A stretch of 64,000 nt of DNA from Callorhinchus milii (GCF_018977255.1 NW_024704742.1:138820001-138884000), one strand, 5' to 3'. Positions 24,847 through 37,857 are shown, counted from the first letter of the stretch. The notes: a model not told the origin generated them from the letters alone. A program made the numbers and translations.

Positions 24847-25536
24847 CTGCAAAGATTCAGACACAACACTGAGAACAACCACAACATCATCTTACATTTA
24901 CACGGCACCTTCCACATCGGGAGGACATCCCAAGGCGCTGGACAGTCAGGGATTTAGACCTGAGCAGGGTTGGGATCAGGAGAGGTGGAGGGCAGGGAGG
25001 GTAGGGGTAGGAGGGTGGCAGAAGGCACGGTCGAAGAAGAGGGTCTTGAGACGTGCCTTGAAAGCGGCAAGGGAGGGGTGAGGCGAAGGGACTGTGGGAT
25101 CGAGTTCCAGAGAGTGGGGGCAGAGAGGCTCAGGGGGTGGGGTGGGCAGGCGGGGGACATGGAGAAGGCTGGAGCCTGCTGAGCGGAGGGAGCAGACAGG
25201 TTGATATGGGGTTAGCAGGTCAACCGCAGCCTCACAAGCAACAGACAACAAAAACAACTTGCATTTATATAGCGCCCTCCACGCTGGGCGGTGTCTCAGA
25301 GCGCTGACAGACAACGAGAGCTTCAACTTATTCACTTCTCAGAACAACAACAACAACAAAATTAGATTTGTAAAGCGCCTTTCACGTTGGGAGGATGTCC
25401 CGACACACTGAACAGTTAGCGATCAGGAACCTGACTGCAGCACAGAGGCCGGCTGGCTCTCACACTCACTGCTGTTTGGTGGTGGTGGGGTGAGAAACTG
25501 TCAGGCTGGCACGTCACTCAACGCATATGACTTTAC

Positions 25537-25671
25537 CTTAATTCCCTCTTCGTCATTGACCCTGCGAATCATTCTCACACACATCTCAGTCACTTTGGAG
25601 AAGGTGGGTTGTTCGATACAGATATCACGAAGAATCTTTATGACCCGTTTCCTCACGCTGATGCCGGTGTC
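25537..25671 (-). CDS. NIPBL: NIPBL exon (~exon 30), 135 bp, DTGISVRKRVIKILRDICIEQPTFSKVTEMCVRMIRRVNDEEGIK
   Basis: Within ORF 25501..25755; cag|GAC acceptor, AAG|gtaaag donor. Confidence 0.95.
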
Positions 25672-26346
25672 CTGTATAATACAATAGACATTTGTTTGGC
25701 GCCTTTTATATTGGGAGGTGGCCCGACGTTCTGACTGCCCAAGGTTTGCATCCAAGCTGAGGGGTGTGCAGAGGGGAAGGAGGGAGAAAGATGGACGAAA
25801 ACGCGGTCAAAGGGAAGTCGAGACAGACCTTGAAGGAGGTGAGGGAAGAGCTGAGTTGCTATGACTGCAGGACGGAGTTCCAGACAGTAGGAGCAGAAAG
25901 CCAATGGTGGGGCAAAACATACCAGGAGGATTTTGAACTCAATCCGCTAGGGGATTGGATGCCAATACTAATAATCCTTGCATTTGATATAATAATATAA
26001 TGATTGCACTTGACATAGTGCCTTATCTATATAAATGACCTGGGCTTGGGTATAGGGAGGACAATTTCCAAGTTTGCAGATGATACTGAGCTGGGAAAGT
26101 AGTAACCAGTGAGGAGGACAGTCGCAGCCTGTAAATGGCCATAGACAGACTGGTAACGTGGGCCGACACGGGGCAGATGGCGTTTAATGTGGAGAAATGC
26201 AAAGTGATGGGAGTTCGTGAGGAAGAATGAGGAGAGGCCATATAAACTGATGGTACAATCTTAAAGAGAGACCTGGGGGTCATATAGTAAATCTCTGAAG
26301 GTGGCCGGACAGGTAGATACAGCTGTTAATAAAGCATCCGGGATAC

Positions 26347-27297
26347 AACAACAAAAAGATTTTATTTATAGAGCGCCTTTTACGTCGGGAGGACGCCCAA
26401 AGGCGCTGGACAGTTGGGTCGGGACCCGAGCAGGGGGAAATGGTCAGGGTGAGGAGAGGGAAGGGAGGGAGCGAGGAGGGGGGAAATGGTCAGGGTGAGC
26501 GGAGGGAAGGGAGGGAGCGAGGAGAGGGTAGAGTCGAGAGGGGAGCTGAAGGCACGGTTGAAGAGAAAGGTCTTGAGACCGGCCTTGAAGGAGGAAAGGG
26601 AGGAAGCGGCGAAGGCACTGGGGATGGAGTTCCAGAGCCTCGGGGCTGAGAGGCTGAAGGCCACCGATGGTCGGGCGGTTGGGGCGGGGGATGTGGAGCA
26701 GACCGGAGCCAGAGGAAGGAGGGTACGGGCGGGTAGGTAGGGGGATAGTAGGTCGGAGGGGTAGGAGGGAGCGAGGCCGGGAATGGCCTTGTAGGTGAGG
26801 AAGAGGATCTTGAATTCAATCCTCTGGGGGATGGGAAGCAGTGGAGGTGAGCGAGGGCGAGGGTGAGGGTGGGAGTGAGGGCGAGGGTGAGAGCGAGGGA
26901 GAGGGTGAGGGCGAGGGTGGGAGTGATGTGGTGCGGGACAGTACACGAGCTGCAGAGTTCTGAATGACCTGCAGTGTTGAGGGAGGGCCGGGAAGGCCGC
27001 GAGGAGAGAGTTCCCATAGTCCAGCCTTGAGGTGATAAAGGCGTGGACCAGGGTTTCAGCCGCGTGAGGAGTGAGGGAGTGGCGATGTTCCGGAGGTGAT
27101 GGAAGGCAGTGTGAGACAGGACGGCTCAGGGTCGAGGGGAACCCCGAGGTTCCTGATGGCTTTGAGAGGTGGAGAGTGCGGAGCTGATGCTGTCAGCGCC
27201 TGAGGTGCGGAGGCGCTGACGTGAGCCAATCAGGAGGGCCTCAGTTTTGTGCACGTTGAGCTGAAGAAAGTTGTCTCTCGTCCAGGACTCGATGTCA
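26347..27297 (-). mobile_element. L2 fragment with 5-bp TSD gatac
   Basis: Similar to 181-1027 in reverse; TSD at 26342-26346 and 27298-27302. Confidence 0.88.
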
Positions 27298-27767
27298 GAT
27301 ACTAGGCTTTATAAATAGGGCTTAGAATACAAGTGTCAGGAAGTTATGATGAACCTTTATATAAAACACTGGTTAGGCCTCAGTTAGAGACTGGGTGCAG
27401 TTCTGGGCCCCACACTTTAGGAAGGATGTCAAGGACTCGGAGAGGGTACAAAGGAGATTCACCAGGATGGTGCAGAGAAGGTTAAGAGGAGACTTAAGAA
27501 GTTTTCAAAATTATGAGGGGATTCGATAGGGTGAACGAGGAGAAACTATTCCCACTGGCGGGTGGGTCGGTAACCCGAGGCCACCGGTTTAAAACAGCTG
27601 TTAAAAGAAACAGAGGGGAGGTGAGGAGAAATGTTTTCACACAGCGAGTTGTTGGGATTGGGAATCTATTGCCTGAAAGGCTGAGGGAAGCCGAATCCAT
27701 AACAACTTTTAAGAGAGAAGTAGATAATTATTTGGAAGGACAAGTTTACAGGTCTATGGCGAGACAG

Positions 27768-27965
27768 TGGGGGAGTGGGGTTGATCAGGGCTATGGGGAG
27801 TTAGCGGGGGAGTGGGGTTGATCAGGGCTATGGGGAGAGCGTGGGGGAGTGGGGTTGATCAGGGCTATGGGGAGAGAGGGGGAGTGGGGTTGATCAGGGC
27901 TATGGGGAGTTAGCGGGGGAGTGGGGTTGATCAGGGCTATGGGGCGAGAGCGGGGGAGTGGAGTT
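27768..27965 (+). repeat. ~38-bp G-rich minisatellite (~5 copies) in the CR1 3'UTR
   Basis: Repeated ggggagtggggttgatcagggctatggggag. Confidence 0.9.
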
Positions 27966-28224
27966 GATTTGGAAGCTCTTTTCAAGGAGCCGATACAGAC
28001 ACAATGGGCCGAATGGCCTCCTTCTTTGCTGTATAATTCTTGTGATTCTATGATCACGTCTTCCGGACGTCTCAAAGCGCTTCACAGAATATAGTGAATT
28101 GACTGTATATTTTCTGGGGGAAACGCAGAAGCCGATTGCGCACAGCAGTGAGTGTCCCTCATACAGTCGTGGATTGAGTGGCTAAATTAGTATTACCATG
28201 ACTATCTTTTTTGGAAGGGATTAT

Positions 28225-28807
28225 GTGTGATATCGCTGCTCACAGACTACACTGTCCTCTCAATGTGATATCGCTGCTCAGACTACACTGTCCTCTCAGT
28301 GTGATATCGCTGCTCACAGACTACACTGTCCTCTCAATGTGATATCGCTGCTCAGACTACACTGTCCTCTCAGTGTGATATCGCTGCTCACAGACTACAC
28401 TGTCCTCTCAATGTGATATCGCTGCTCAGACTACACTGTCCTCTCAGTGTGATATCGCTGCTCACAGACTACACTGTCCTCTCAATGTGATATCGCTGCT
28501 CACAGACTACACTGTCCTCTCAGTGTGATATCGCTGCTCACAAACTACACTGTCCTCTCAGTGTGATATCGCTGCTCACAGACTACACTGTCCTCTCAGT
28601 GTGATATCGCTGCTCAGACTACACTGTCCGCTCAGTGTGATATCACTGCTCACAAACTACACTGTCCTCTCAGTGTGATATCGCTGCTCACAGACTACAC
28701 TGTCCTCTCAGTGTGATATCGCTGCTCAGACTACACTGTCCGCTCAGTGTGATATCACTGCTCACAGACTACACTGTCCGCTCAGTGTGATATCGCTGCT
28801 CACAGAC
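28225..28807. repeat. 36/38-bp minisatellite, ~15.5 copies, abutting the exon ~29 donor
   Basis: Unit gtgtgatatcgctgctca(ca)gactacactgtcctctca. Confidence 0.95.
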
Positions 28808-28815
28808 ATACGTAC

Positions 28816-28962
28816 CAGTATCCTCTCGATCAACATATCGTAATACTGCTCCGTCAGTTGGGGTCGGCTCAGCACAAAGCGCCCGAGTAACTCCACGGCT
28901 GCCTCCCGCACGCTGGTGGAGTTGTCCATCAAACGACCGTGTACTCCGCGCTGCATGTCCAG
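28816..28962 (-). CDS. NIPBL: NIPBL exon (~exon 29), 147 bp, LDMQRGVHGRLMDNSTSVREAAVELLGRFVLSRPQLTEQYYDMLIERIL
   Basis: Overlaps ORF 28762..28956; cag|CTG acceptor, CTG|gtacgt donor; HEAT repeat motif. Confidence 0.95.
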
Positions 28963-29339
28963 CTGGATTGGGGAAAAAAGAATGAATCCTTAAGAAAAAA
29001 CACACAAACTAGTACACAAGGGAACTGTGACTGGCCTCCTTCATGTGCCTGGCTCACCCTCAGGCAGGCTGTCAGCCTTACTGCCCCCACTCGCTGCAGT
29101 TCCATCCCGCTGAGCCTTAGCCTTGACCTGTGTCCCTCCCCTTCGTCAAGGTCCATCTCAAGTCCTTCCTCTTCGGTCATTTTCCTACCACACTCACCCC
29201 CAAACCCTCCCGAATCCAACCTCTTCCTCGGGTGCAAGCCCTCGACTGTCCAGCCAGCGCTTTCTTGACATGAAAGGGAAATGCCAAATGTTGTTGTTCT
29301 AATTGGATTAGAGAGTTCCAATGGTGGAGCAAACCGCAC

Positions 29340-29945
29340 CATAGGCTGGAGAATACATTAGAATATACAGCACAGAAACAGGCCATTCAGCCCAACTGGG
29401 CTATGCCGCTGTTTATCTCCACATGAGCCTCCTCCTGCTCTTCCTCAACTAAGCCCATCAGCAGAACCTTCTATTCCTTTCTCCCTCATGTACCTCTCCA
29501 GCTTCCCCTTAAATACATCTGTGCTATTTGCCTGAACAACTCCTTGTGGCAGCATGTTCCACATTCCCACTGCTCTCTGTATGAAGACATTTCTTCTAAC
29601 TTCCCTATTTGACCTACTGGTGACTATTTTCTATTGATGGTCTTTGTTTTGGTCTCCCCCACAAGTGGAAACCTTCCCTATGTCGACCCTATCAAAACCT
29701 TTCATCATTTTAAAGACCTCTATCAGGTCACCCCTTACCCTCCTCTTTTCAAGAAAAAAGAGTCCAAGCATGTTCAGCCTTTCCTGATACGTCTAACCTC
29801 TCAGTTCTGGGATCATCCTTGTGATCTCCTTTGCACCCTCTCCAGTGCCTCTACATCCCTTATATATTGTGGGGACCAGAACTGCACAGTATTCTATAAC
29901 CAAGGTTCTATAGGTTTACCATAACTTCCCTGCTTTTCATTTCTA
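29340..29945 (-). mobile_element. CR1 3' fragment; part 29590-29940 is near-identical to 12318-12668
   Basis: CR1 tail at ~29350; near-identical antisense ORFs 12361..12651 and 29634..29924. Confidence 0.8.
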
Positions 29946-29949
29946 CCCT

Positions 29950-31508
29950 CTACAACAACAACAACAAGATTCCATTTATAGAGCGCCTTTCACGTCGGGA
30001 GGACGTCCCAAAGCTCTGTACAATTGAGTCAGGACCCGAGCATTGGGGGGAAATGGTCAGGGTGAGGGGAGGGAAGGGAGGGAGCGAGGAGGGGGGAAAT
30101 GGTCAGGGTGAGGGGAGGGAAGGGAGGGAGCGAGGAGGGGGGAAATGGTCGGGGGGAGGGAAGGGAGGGAGTGAGGAGGGGGTAGAGAGTCGAGAGCGGA
30201 GCTGAAGGCTGAAGGTCAAAGAGAAAGGTCTTGAGATCGGCCCTGAAGGAGGAAAGGGAGGAAGCGGCGAAGGCACTGGGGATAGAGTTCCAGAGCCTGG
30301 GGGCTGAGAGGCTGAAGGCCACCGATGGTCGGGCGGTTGGGGCGAGGGATGTGGAGCAGACGGAGGAACGGAGGGTACAGGCAGGTAGGTAGGGGGATAG
30401 TAGGTCGGAGAGAGGCCGGGAATGGCCTTGTAGGTGAGGATGAGGATCTTGAATTCGATCCTCTGGGGGATGGGGAGCAGTGGAGGCGATCGAGGGCGAG
30501 GGTGAGGGTGAGGGTGGGAGTGATGTGGTGCGGGATAGTACACGAGCTGCAGAGTTCTGAATGACCTGCAGTGTGGAGGGAGGGCTTTTGTGGAGTCCTG
30601 TAGCTCAGTGGTTAGAGCACTCGCTTTGCAAGTGAGAGACCTGAGTTCAGGTCCAGAGTTCAAGGCGAAACCTCGGGCAAGTTTCCTTACTCCACACAGA
30701 GCCTAATAATAATCCTCCAAAACAAAAAACAATAATAAATTGGTCATTTTCAATCTACGACTGTTTGTGGGACATTGCTGTGCGCAATTGGCTGCCGCGT
30801 TCGCCCACAAATATACAGTCAATTCACTTTACAGTATGTTCTGTGAAGTGCTTTGGGACGTCCTCCCGACGTGAAAAGCGCTATATCAAATGCAAGGATT
30901 ATTATTATTATTAGGGCCGGGAAGGCCGGCGAGGAGAGAGTTCCCATAGTCCGGCCTTGAGGTGATAAAGGTGTGGACCAGAGTTTCAGCCGCGTGAGGG
31001 GTGAGGTAGTGGCGATGTTCCGGAGGTGATGGAAGGCGGTGCCAGTTGTGCCGCGGATATGTGGGAGAAAGGACAGCTCAGGGTCGAGGGGAACCCCGAG
31101 GGGAGGGAGGAGGAGGGGGTTGAGGAGGAGGTGGAGGGGGGAGTGCGGAGGGGGAGAGGAGGGCTGAGGGTCGAACAGAACACCGAGGTTCCTGATGGCT
31201 TTGAGAGGTGGAGAGTGCGGAGCTGATGGTGTCAGCGCCTGAGGTGCGGAGGCGCTGACGTGAGCCAATCAGGAGGGCCTCAGTTTGGCTCACGTTGAGC
31301 TGAAGAAAGTTGTCTCTCGTCCAGGACTCGATGTCGGACAGGCAGACTGTCAGGACATCGGGGGTCATGGAGTTGAGGGTAGAGGAGGAAAGGTAGAGTT
31401 GGGTGTCATCCGCATACATGTGGGAGTGAACCCCATGTCTGCGGATGATGTCACCACAGGGGAGCATATAGAGGGTGAAGAGGAGGGGACCGAGGACAGA
31501 GCCCTGAG
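29950..31508 (-). mobile_element. L2 (RT YADD region to 3' tail) interrupted by a SINE
   Basis: ORF 31078..31467 ([23 protein letters not shown]), (CAA)n tail at ~29952. Confidence 0.88.
30592..30912 (+). mobile_element. Full-length tRNA-derived SINE with L2-like tail, 5-bp TSD agggc
   Basis: A-box tagctcagtgg, B-box-like gagttca, TGC anticodon-like loop, 3' end shared with L2, (ATT)n; TSD at 30581-30585 and 30913-30917. Confidence 0.88.
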
Positions 31509-31645
31509 GGCTCTAGATAGGTTCCTTTGCTTCTCTACCCCATTTAGGTTTTTATTTGTTGATGACTTCCTTATTCCTTCTACCAAAATGTACCACCTCA
31601 CACTTTTCTACTTTGAAATGCATTTACCATTTAAATGCCCACTCA

Positions 31646-32014
31646 ACAACAACAACAACAAGATTCCATTTATAAAGCGCCTTTCACGTCAGGAGGACGT
31701 CCCAAGGCGCTGCACAGTTGGGTCATGACCCGAGCAGTGGGGAAATGGTCAGGGTGAGGGGAGGGAAGGGAGGGAGCGAGGAGGGGGTAGAGAGTCGAGA
31801 GGGGAGCTGAAGGCTGAAGGTCAAAGAGAAAGGTTTTGAGACCGGCCTTGAAGGAGGAAAGGGAGGAAGCGGCGAAGGCACTGGGGGATGGAGTTCCAGA
31901 GCCTCGGGGCTGAGAGGCTGAAGACCCGACCACCGATGGTAGGGCGGTTGGGGCGGGGGACGTGGAGCAGACCGGAGCCAGAGGAACGGAGGGTACGGGC
32001 GGGTAGGTAGGTAA
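31646..32014 (-). mobile_element. Short L2 3' fragment inserted in a CR1 fragment (31508-32445), TSD actca
   Basis: TSD at 31641-31645 and 32015-32019; (CAA)n tail. Confidence 0.82.
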
Positions 32015-32444
32015 ACTCAGTAAGTTTATTAATGACTTGCTGTAATTTGTTGCTGTCTTCCTCTGTATTAACTATTCCTCCAATTTGGTGTCGTCTGCAA
32101 ATTCTGAAATTGTCCTGCTGATTCCCGAGTCCAAATCATTAATGTATATTGTGAACAACAGTGGACCCCAACACTGAACCTTGTGAAACACCACTGTCCA
32201 CCAACACCCCCCCCCCCCCCCCCCGTGCCAGTCTGAGTAGCTACTCTTTACCCCTACTCTGTTTGCTGTTTTGTAGCCAGCTTGCTATCCATTCTGTTAT
32301 TTTTCCCCTGACTCCACAGGCTCTGAGCTTATTCATTAGTGTATGATGTAGTATCTTATCAAACGCCTTTTGGAAATCTAAATGTATAACATCTACCGCA
32401 TTCCCTTTGTATACTCTCTCTGTTACCCCTTCAAAGAATTCAAT

Positions 32445-33985
32445 GAACACAAGAACATAAGCATTAGGAGCAGGAGTCGGCCATTCAGCCCCTCGAGCCT
32501 GTGCCCCGCCATTCGCTAAGATCACGGCTGATCTTCAGACCTGACTCTAATTACCCGCCCTCTCCCCATAGCCCCTAATGCCTCTGTTGTTTAAACGTCT
32601 GTCAGTCTCAGCCTTGAAGCTGTTCGAGGACTGACATCTACAGCCTTCGGGGGAGTGGATTCCATAAAGTCACTGCTCTCTGAGTGAAGAAAAGTTTCCT
32701 CAACTCTGTTCTAAAAGGCTGACCTTTAATTTTCAGACTGTGACCCGGTTATAGATTCTCCTCCCGGGGAAACAGTCCCTCAGTGACTACTTTATCAGCT
32801 CTTTAAGAATCTTATATGTTTCAATAAGATTCCCCCTAATTCTTCTGTACTATAGAGAATACAGCCCTATCCTCATAGGTCAGTCCCCTCATCCCAGGCA
32901 CTAACCGAGTGAATCTACGCTGCACCCCCTCGAGGGCAAGTGTGTCCTTTTATAAATAAGGAGATCAAAACTGCACACAATACTCTCGGTGCGGTCTCAC
33001 CAAAGCCCTGTACAGTTGCAGTCAGACTTCCCTACTCTGTACTCTAAACCTTTGGCAATGAACGCTAACTGCCGTTCGCCTTCTTAGTTGCACTGATCCT
33101 GTGGCACTCCTCTAGTCACCTCCTGCCAATTTGAGAATGACCCGTTTATCCCTACTCACTGTTTTCTACCCGTTGGCCACTCTTCAATCCATGGTAATAT
33201 GTTCCCATCAATCCCGTGGGCCTTAACCTTGTGCAATAGCCTTCTGTGTGGCACTTTGTCAAATGCCTTTTTACAATCTAAATATACTACACCTACTGGT
33301 TCCCCCCTCTCTAACCTGCAGATACATCTTCAAACACTCTCAAAGATTAGTGAAGCGTGACTTCCCTTTGTAAAGCCATGTTGACTCTGCCTCATCTTGT
33401 TATGGTCTTCCAGGAATCCCATAACGACATCTTTAATTAAGGACTCAAGAATTTTCCCTCCCACTGAAGTCAGACTAACTGGTCTATAGTGCCCCATCTT
33501 TTCTCTCCCACCCTTCTTAAATGGTGGTGTCACGTTTGCAATCTTCCAATCAATAGGAACCGGTCCAGAATCCAGAGAATTTCGGAAGCTCAAAGACAAA
33601 CCGTCCACTACCTCAGTCGCCACCTCTTTATAAACCCGAGGATGTAGGCCATCAGGTCCAGGGGATTTATCAGTTTTAAGACCTGACAATTTACCTAAAA
33701 CCATTTCTTTATTAATATTAATTCCCAAGTTGCTCACTAACATTGTCTTCTTGGTTCCCCTCTATTCTTGGTAGGTTTTCAGTGTCTTCTGAGGTGAAGA
33801 CAGTAGCAAAGTACTTGTTTAATGACTCTGCCATGTCTTTGTCCCCTACTATTATTCCCCCCGTCTCTGCTGTAGCCGACCCACATTTACCTTTGACAGC
33901 CTCTTCCTCTTTATATATTTATAAAAACTCTTGTAGTCTGTCTCTATGTTCTTCGTTAGTTTGCCCTCATATTCCATTTTCCATC
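32445..33985 (-). mobile_element. CR1 3' half with internal deletion, closely related to CR1-C (inverted relative to it)
   Basis: ORF 33330..33743 nearly identical to 15231..15515, including the same frameshift (GSHASLIF). Confidence 0.88.
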
Positions 33986-34129
33986 CCTTGATCAAGCCTG
34001 ACATTCCTTTTTGAAATCCGTGCTGACTTGTCTTTATTATGTTTTCCGTGTTTTTCTATTACCTTCTTCAGTAAGGATTCCATTATCTTTCCTACCCCCG
34101 ATGTTAAGTTTAAGTGTTTGTTTTGTCCC

Positions 34130-35342
34130 CAAATCTAATAGAATGTTTTGATGAAGTGACTGAGAGGATGGATGAAGGTAGTGCAGTAGACATAGCTTAT
34201 CTAGATTTTCAAAAGGCATTTGACAGAGTGCCACATAAGGGACTGATAAACAAAATAGAAGCCCACGGCATGAAAGGGACTGTGGCAACATGGATCCAGA
34301 ACTGGCGAAGAGTCAGAAGGTAGAGAGTGGTAGTAAACGGTTGCTTTTCTGACTGGAGGGAGGGGTATAGTGGTGTCCCTCAGGGGTCGATATTGGGACC
34401 ACTGCTCTTTCTGATCTATATTAATGATCTGGACCTGGATATATGGAGCAATTTCCAAATTTGCAGAGAACGCCAAGATAGGAAAAGCAGCTAATGGTGA
34501 GGAGGACAGCACCGGACTCCAAGAGGACTTAGACAGATGGTAACATGGGCAGATACGTGGCAGATGAGGTTTAATGTGGAGAAATGTGAAGTGTTGCGTT
34601 TTGGTAGGAAGAATGAGGAGAGGCAATATAGGCTGATGGTACAATCTTAAAGGGGGCAAATGAACAGAGAGACCTGGGGGTCCACATCAGCAAATCTCTG
34701 AAGGTGGCCGGACAGGTAGATAAAGAGGTTATAAAAGCATCCGGGATACTCGGCTTTACAAATAGGGCATAGAGTACACAAGTCAGGAGTTATGCTGAAT
34801 ATTTATAAAATGCTGATTAGGCCTCAGTTGGAGACTGCGTTCAGTTCTGGGCACCGCACTTTAGGAAAGATGTTCGGGCATTGGAGAGGGTGCAAAGGAG
34901 GTTTACCCGATGGTACCAGGAATGAAGGACCTTAGTTATGAGGAGAGGTTAGAGAAACTAGGATTATTCTCCCTGGAGCAGAGAAGATTATGAGGGGATT
35001 TAATAGAGGTTTTCAAGATCATGAGAGGATTTGATAGGTTGAACCGGGAAAAACTGTTCCCACTGGTGTGTGGGTCAGTAACCCGAGGACACTGATTTAA
35101 GTTAGTTTAAGATAGATAGACAGAGGGCAGGTTAGGAGAAAATGTTTCACCCAACGAGGTGTTGGGATCTGGAATGTATTACCTGAAAGGGTAGTGGAAG
35201 CCGATGCAATAACAACTTTTAAGAGAGAAGTAGATGGGTATTTGGGGAGGACAGGATTGCAGGGCTATGGGGAGAAAGTGGGCCAGTGGGACTGGGTTGG
35301 ATTGCTGTTTTCTGGCCTCTTTCTGTGCTGTGTGATTCTATG
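34130..35342 (+). mobile_element. CR1 RT to 3' end; 34835-35310 near-identical to 17879-18355
   Basis: YLDFQKAFDRVPH, GVPQGS; gattctatga tail. Confidence 0.85.
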
Positions 35343-35901
35343 AGATGAGGAAGAGGAGGGGCTGAGGATAGAGACCTAATGTACATCACAAATGACTATT
35401 TGGGGGAGGGAGGAGAAATCGTTATAGGAGTCAAAGTGGAGGCAGTGGGTCAAGTAGGAATTGAACCAGGAGAGTGCCATTCCACAGAGATGGATGTCAG
35501 AGAACCGGTCTATGCTCGTGAGAAATCATTCCTGGCAACTAGCTCAGCACTAAATAATTTGGTCACTCAATCCACAAATGTTTGTGGAACACTCATTGCT
35601 GTGCGCAATTGGCTGCCATGTTTTGCCCACAAAATACAGTCAATTCACTTCACAGTATATTCTGTGAAGCGCTTTGAGACATCTCGAAGACGTGACAAGA
35701 TGCCATATCACATGCAAGGTTATAAATATAAAAACACAAATCATCCCATCACCACTTCTCTTCATCCAATCCTGCAACACTCTGATTTGCAGTTGTTCCT
35801 ATGGAAACAATTGCTCCAACTTTCATGGTTGACCCTTAACTGAGATGAGGCTCCAGCTACCACTGGCTTTCCTAGTTGTAGAGGAAGTTTGGACACCTTA
35901 C

Positions 35902-36000
35902 CCTTGCTAATATGCTGGGGTCCACAGCCACGACCTCAGACAGACACTTCATGGCCTTTGTTCGTACAGCGATAGCACTCTCCCCCAGAACACGGAGGAT
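35902..36000 (-). CDS. NIPBL: NIPBL exon (~exon 28), 99 bp, ILRVLGESAIAVRTKAMKCLSEVVAVDPSILAR
   Basis: Within ORF 35872..36066; cag|ATC acceptor, AGG|gtaagg donor. Confidence 0.95.
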
Positions 36001-36751
36001 CTGCAACACAAACAATGATTTGCCATGAAATCGATGAATGGAATGCGTTCTTCTCTTGAATAGCAAATGAGTCAGCCCAGCTCAATGAATCACTCTCTCG
36101 CATAGAAACAGGAATAGACCATTCAACTGCGCATGCCTGTTCCGCCATTCTATAGGATCACAGTTGATCTGTACCTCAGCTCCAATTACCCACTTTTTCC
36201 TCTTTTCCCCTGATACCCCGACCTAACAAATATCTATCCATCTCATTCTGGACAATGTGAATGGATCCAGCCATAATCCACAGCCGGGGAAAAGAGTTCC
36301 AGATTTCCACTACCCTTGGGGTGAAAAACCTCCTGATTTCACTCCTAAATGGCCAAGCTCTAATTTTAAGATGATGCCTTGTTCTGGATTCCCCACCAGA
36401 GGAAATAGCTTCTCTGTAGCTGACCTATTATTATACTATCTTATCAAATTTCTTTATTATTTTAAATACCTCAATTTGACCCCTCAAACTCCTAAACTCA
36501 AGGGAATACAGACCAAGTTTATGCAACCTGTTCTCATAAATTTAACTTTAAGTCCTGGTGACTACTCCAATACAGAACTGGGGTGGGACCACATTGTTGT
36601 ACGTGGCATGGTCAAGTGAGATGTTAAACTGAGGCCCTGTCAGTTCCCATCTAGGTGGATGTTAAAGATCCCAGGCACTATTTGAAAAGAGAAGGGAGTT
36701 CCTACAGCATTCCTGGCTGACAATCCACCCACATGAATTGATTATTCACTT

Positions 36752-37350
36752 CATGGCTGTGTGTGGGGGACATGGCTGTGTGTGTGGGGAGGACATGGCT
36801 GTGTGTGTGGGGGGGACATGGCTGTGTGTGTGTGTGGGGGACATGGCTGTGTGTGTGGGGGACATGGCTGTGTGTGTGTGTGGGGGACATGGCTGTGTGT
36901 GTGTGGGGGGGACATGGCTGTGTGTGTGTGTGGGGGACATGGCTGTGTGTGTGGGGGGGCATGGCTGTGTGTGTGTGGGGGGGGCATGGCTGTGTGTGTG
37001 GGGGCCATGGCTGTGTGTGTGTGTGGGGGTGGGGGGGGGACATGGCTGTGTGTGTGTGGGGGGACATGGCTGTGTGTGTGTGTGGGGGACATGGCTGTGT
37101 GTGTGTGTGGGGACATGGCTGTGTGTGTGTGGGGGGGACATGGCTGTGTGTGTGTGTGGGGGACATGGCTGTGTGTGTGTGTGGGGGACATGGCTGTGTG
37201 TGTGTGTGGGGGACATGGCTGTGTGTGTGTGGGGGGGACATGGCTGTGTGTGTGTGTGGGGAACATGGCTGTGTGTGTGTGGGGGGGGCACATGGTTGTG
37301 TGTGGGGGAGGGACATGGCTGTGTGTGGGGGGGGGGGACATGGCTGTGTA
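36752..37350. repeat. Compound minisatellite [gacatggct(gt)n(g)n], inside a DeuSINE-like SINE (~36605-37445)
   Basis: About 25 units of variable length; SINE body on the left, SINE tail on the right. Confidence 0.93.
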
Positions 37351-37857
37351 TGGGGCTGCAGTGTTTACCTGCAATACATCCTGTGAAAAGGTTTGACTCC
37401 CATTGTGAAAGGCGCTCTATTAAATATTAGTGTTATTATTATTACAATAATGTTCCGACGATTCTACCAAATGCCAATGGGACACATAATGACACCAGCC
37501 GCCATTCACACCCAAACGTGGCAGGAATTTGGTTCAAAGCTGAAATTCAGCCAATGGAGTCCGTGTCTTCCACACACTACCCTGTCTCCTCCCACTCAAT
37601 GGTTCACAGTATTGGCAAAATACAGCTTGATTCCGGTTTTAATATCATTAAACATTAATGTTGATAACAAGCTGACCTTCCAGTTACACTGGGTGCCATA
37701 GTGCCTTCATCAGGCATAGATGCGATGTAATACAGCCATCTGTGACCTCCCTGGGCTGGCCTAAACTCAACAAGCAGGACGACTGAGGCACTTTGACAAC
37801 TAGCTTGAGTTGTGTGCCTGTGTGACTCTCCTCAGGATATGTAACCTCAGCACTCAC

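Larger units (their letters stand above)
26020..28052 (+). mobile_element. CR1 3' fragment interrupted by an L2
   Basis: RT C-terminus (IYIND..KFADD..WQMAFNVEKC), ORF 27513.. (TRGH, FTQRVV), gattctatga tail. Confidence 0.82.

Noticed and set aside
28225..28807. CRISPR-like array of ~37-bp repeats
   Set aside because: Units are head-to-tail with no unique spacers, there are no cas genes, and the context is a vertebrate intron: a minisatellite
30592..30670. tRNA-Ala-like genes (also ~7085-7145, 50090-50159, 55850-55919)
   Set aside because: SINE heads, continuous with SINE body and tail
36702..37430. Six overlapping ~200-aa His/Thr/Pro or Cys/Val/Gly ORFs
   Set aside because: Stop-free translations of a minisatellite
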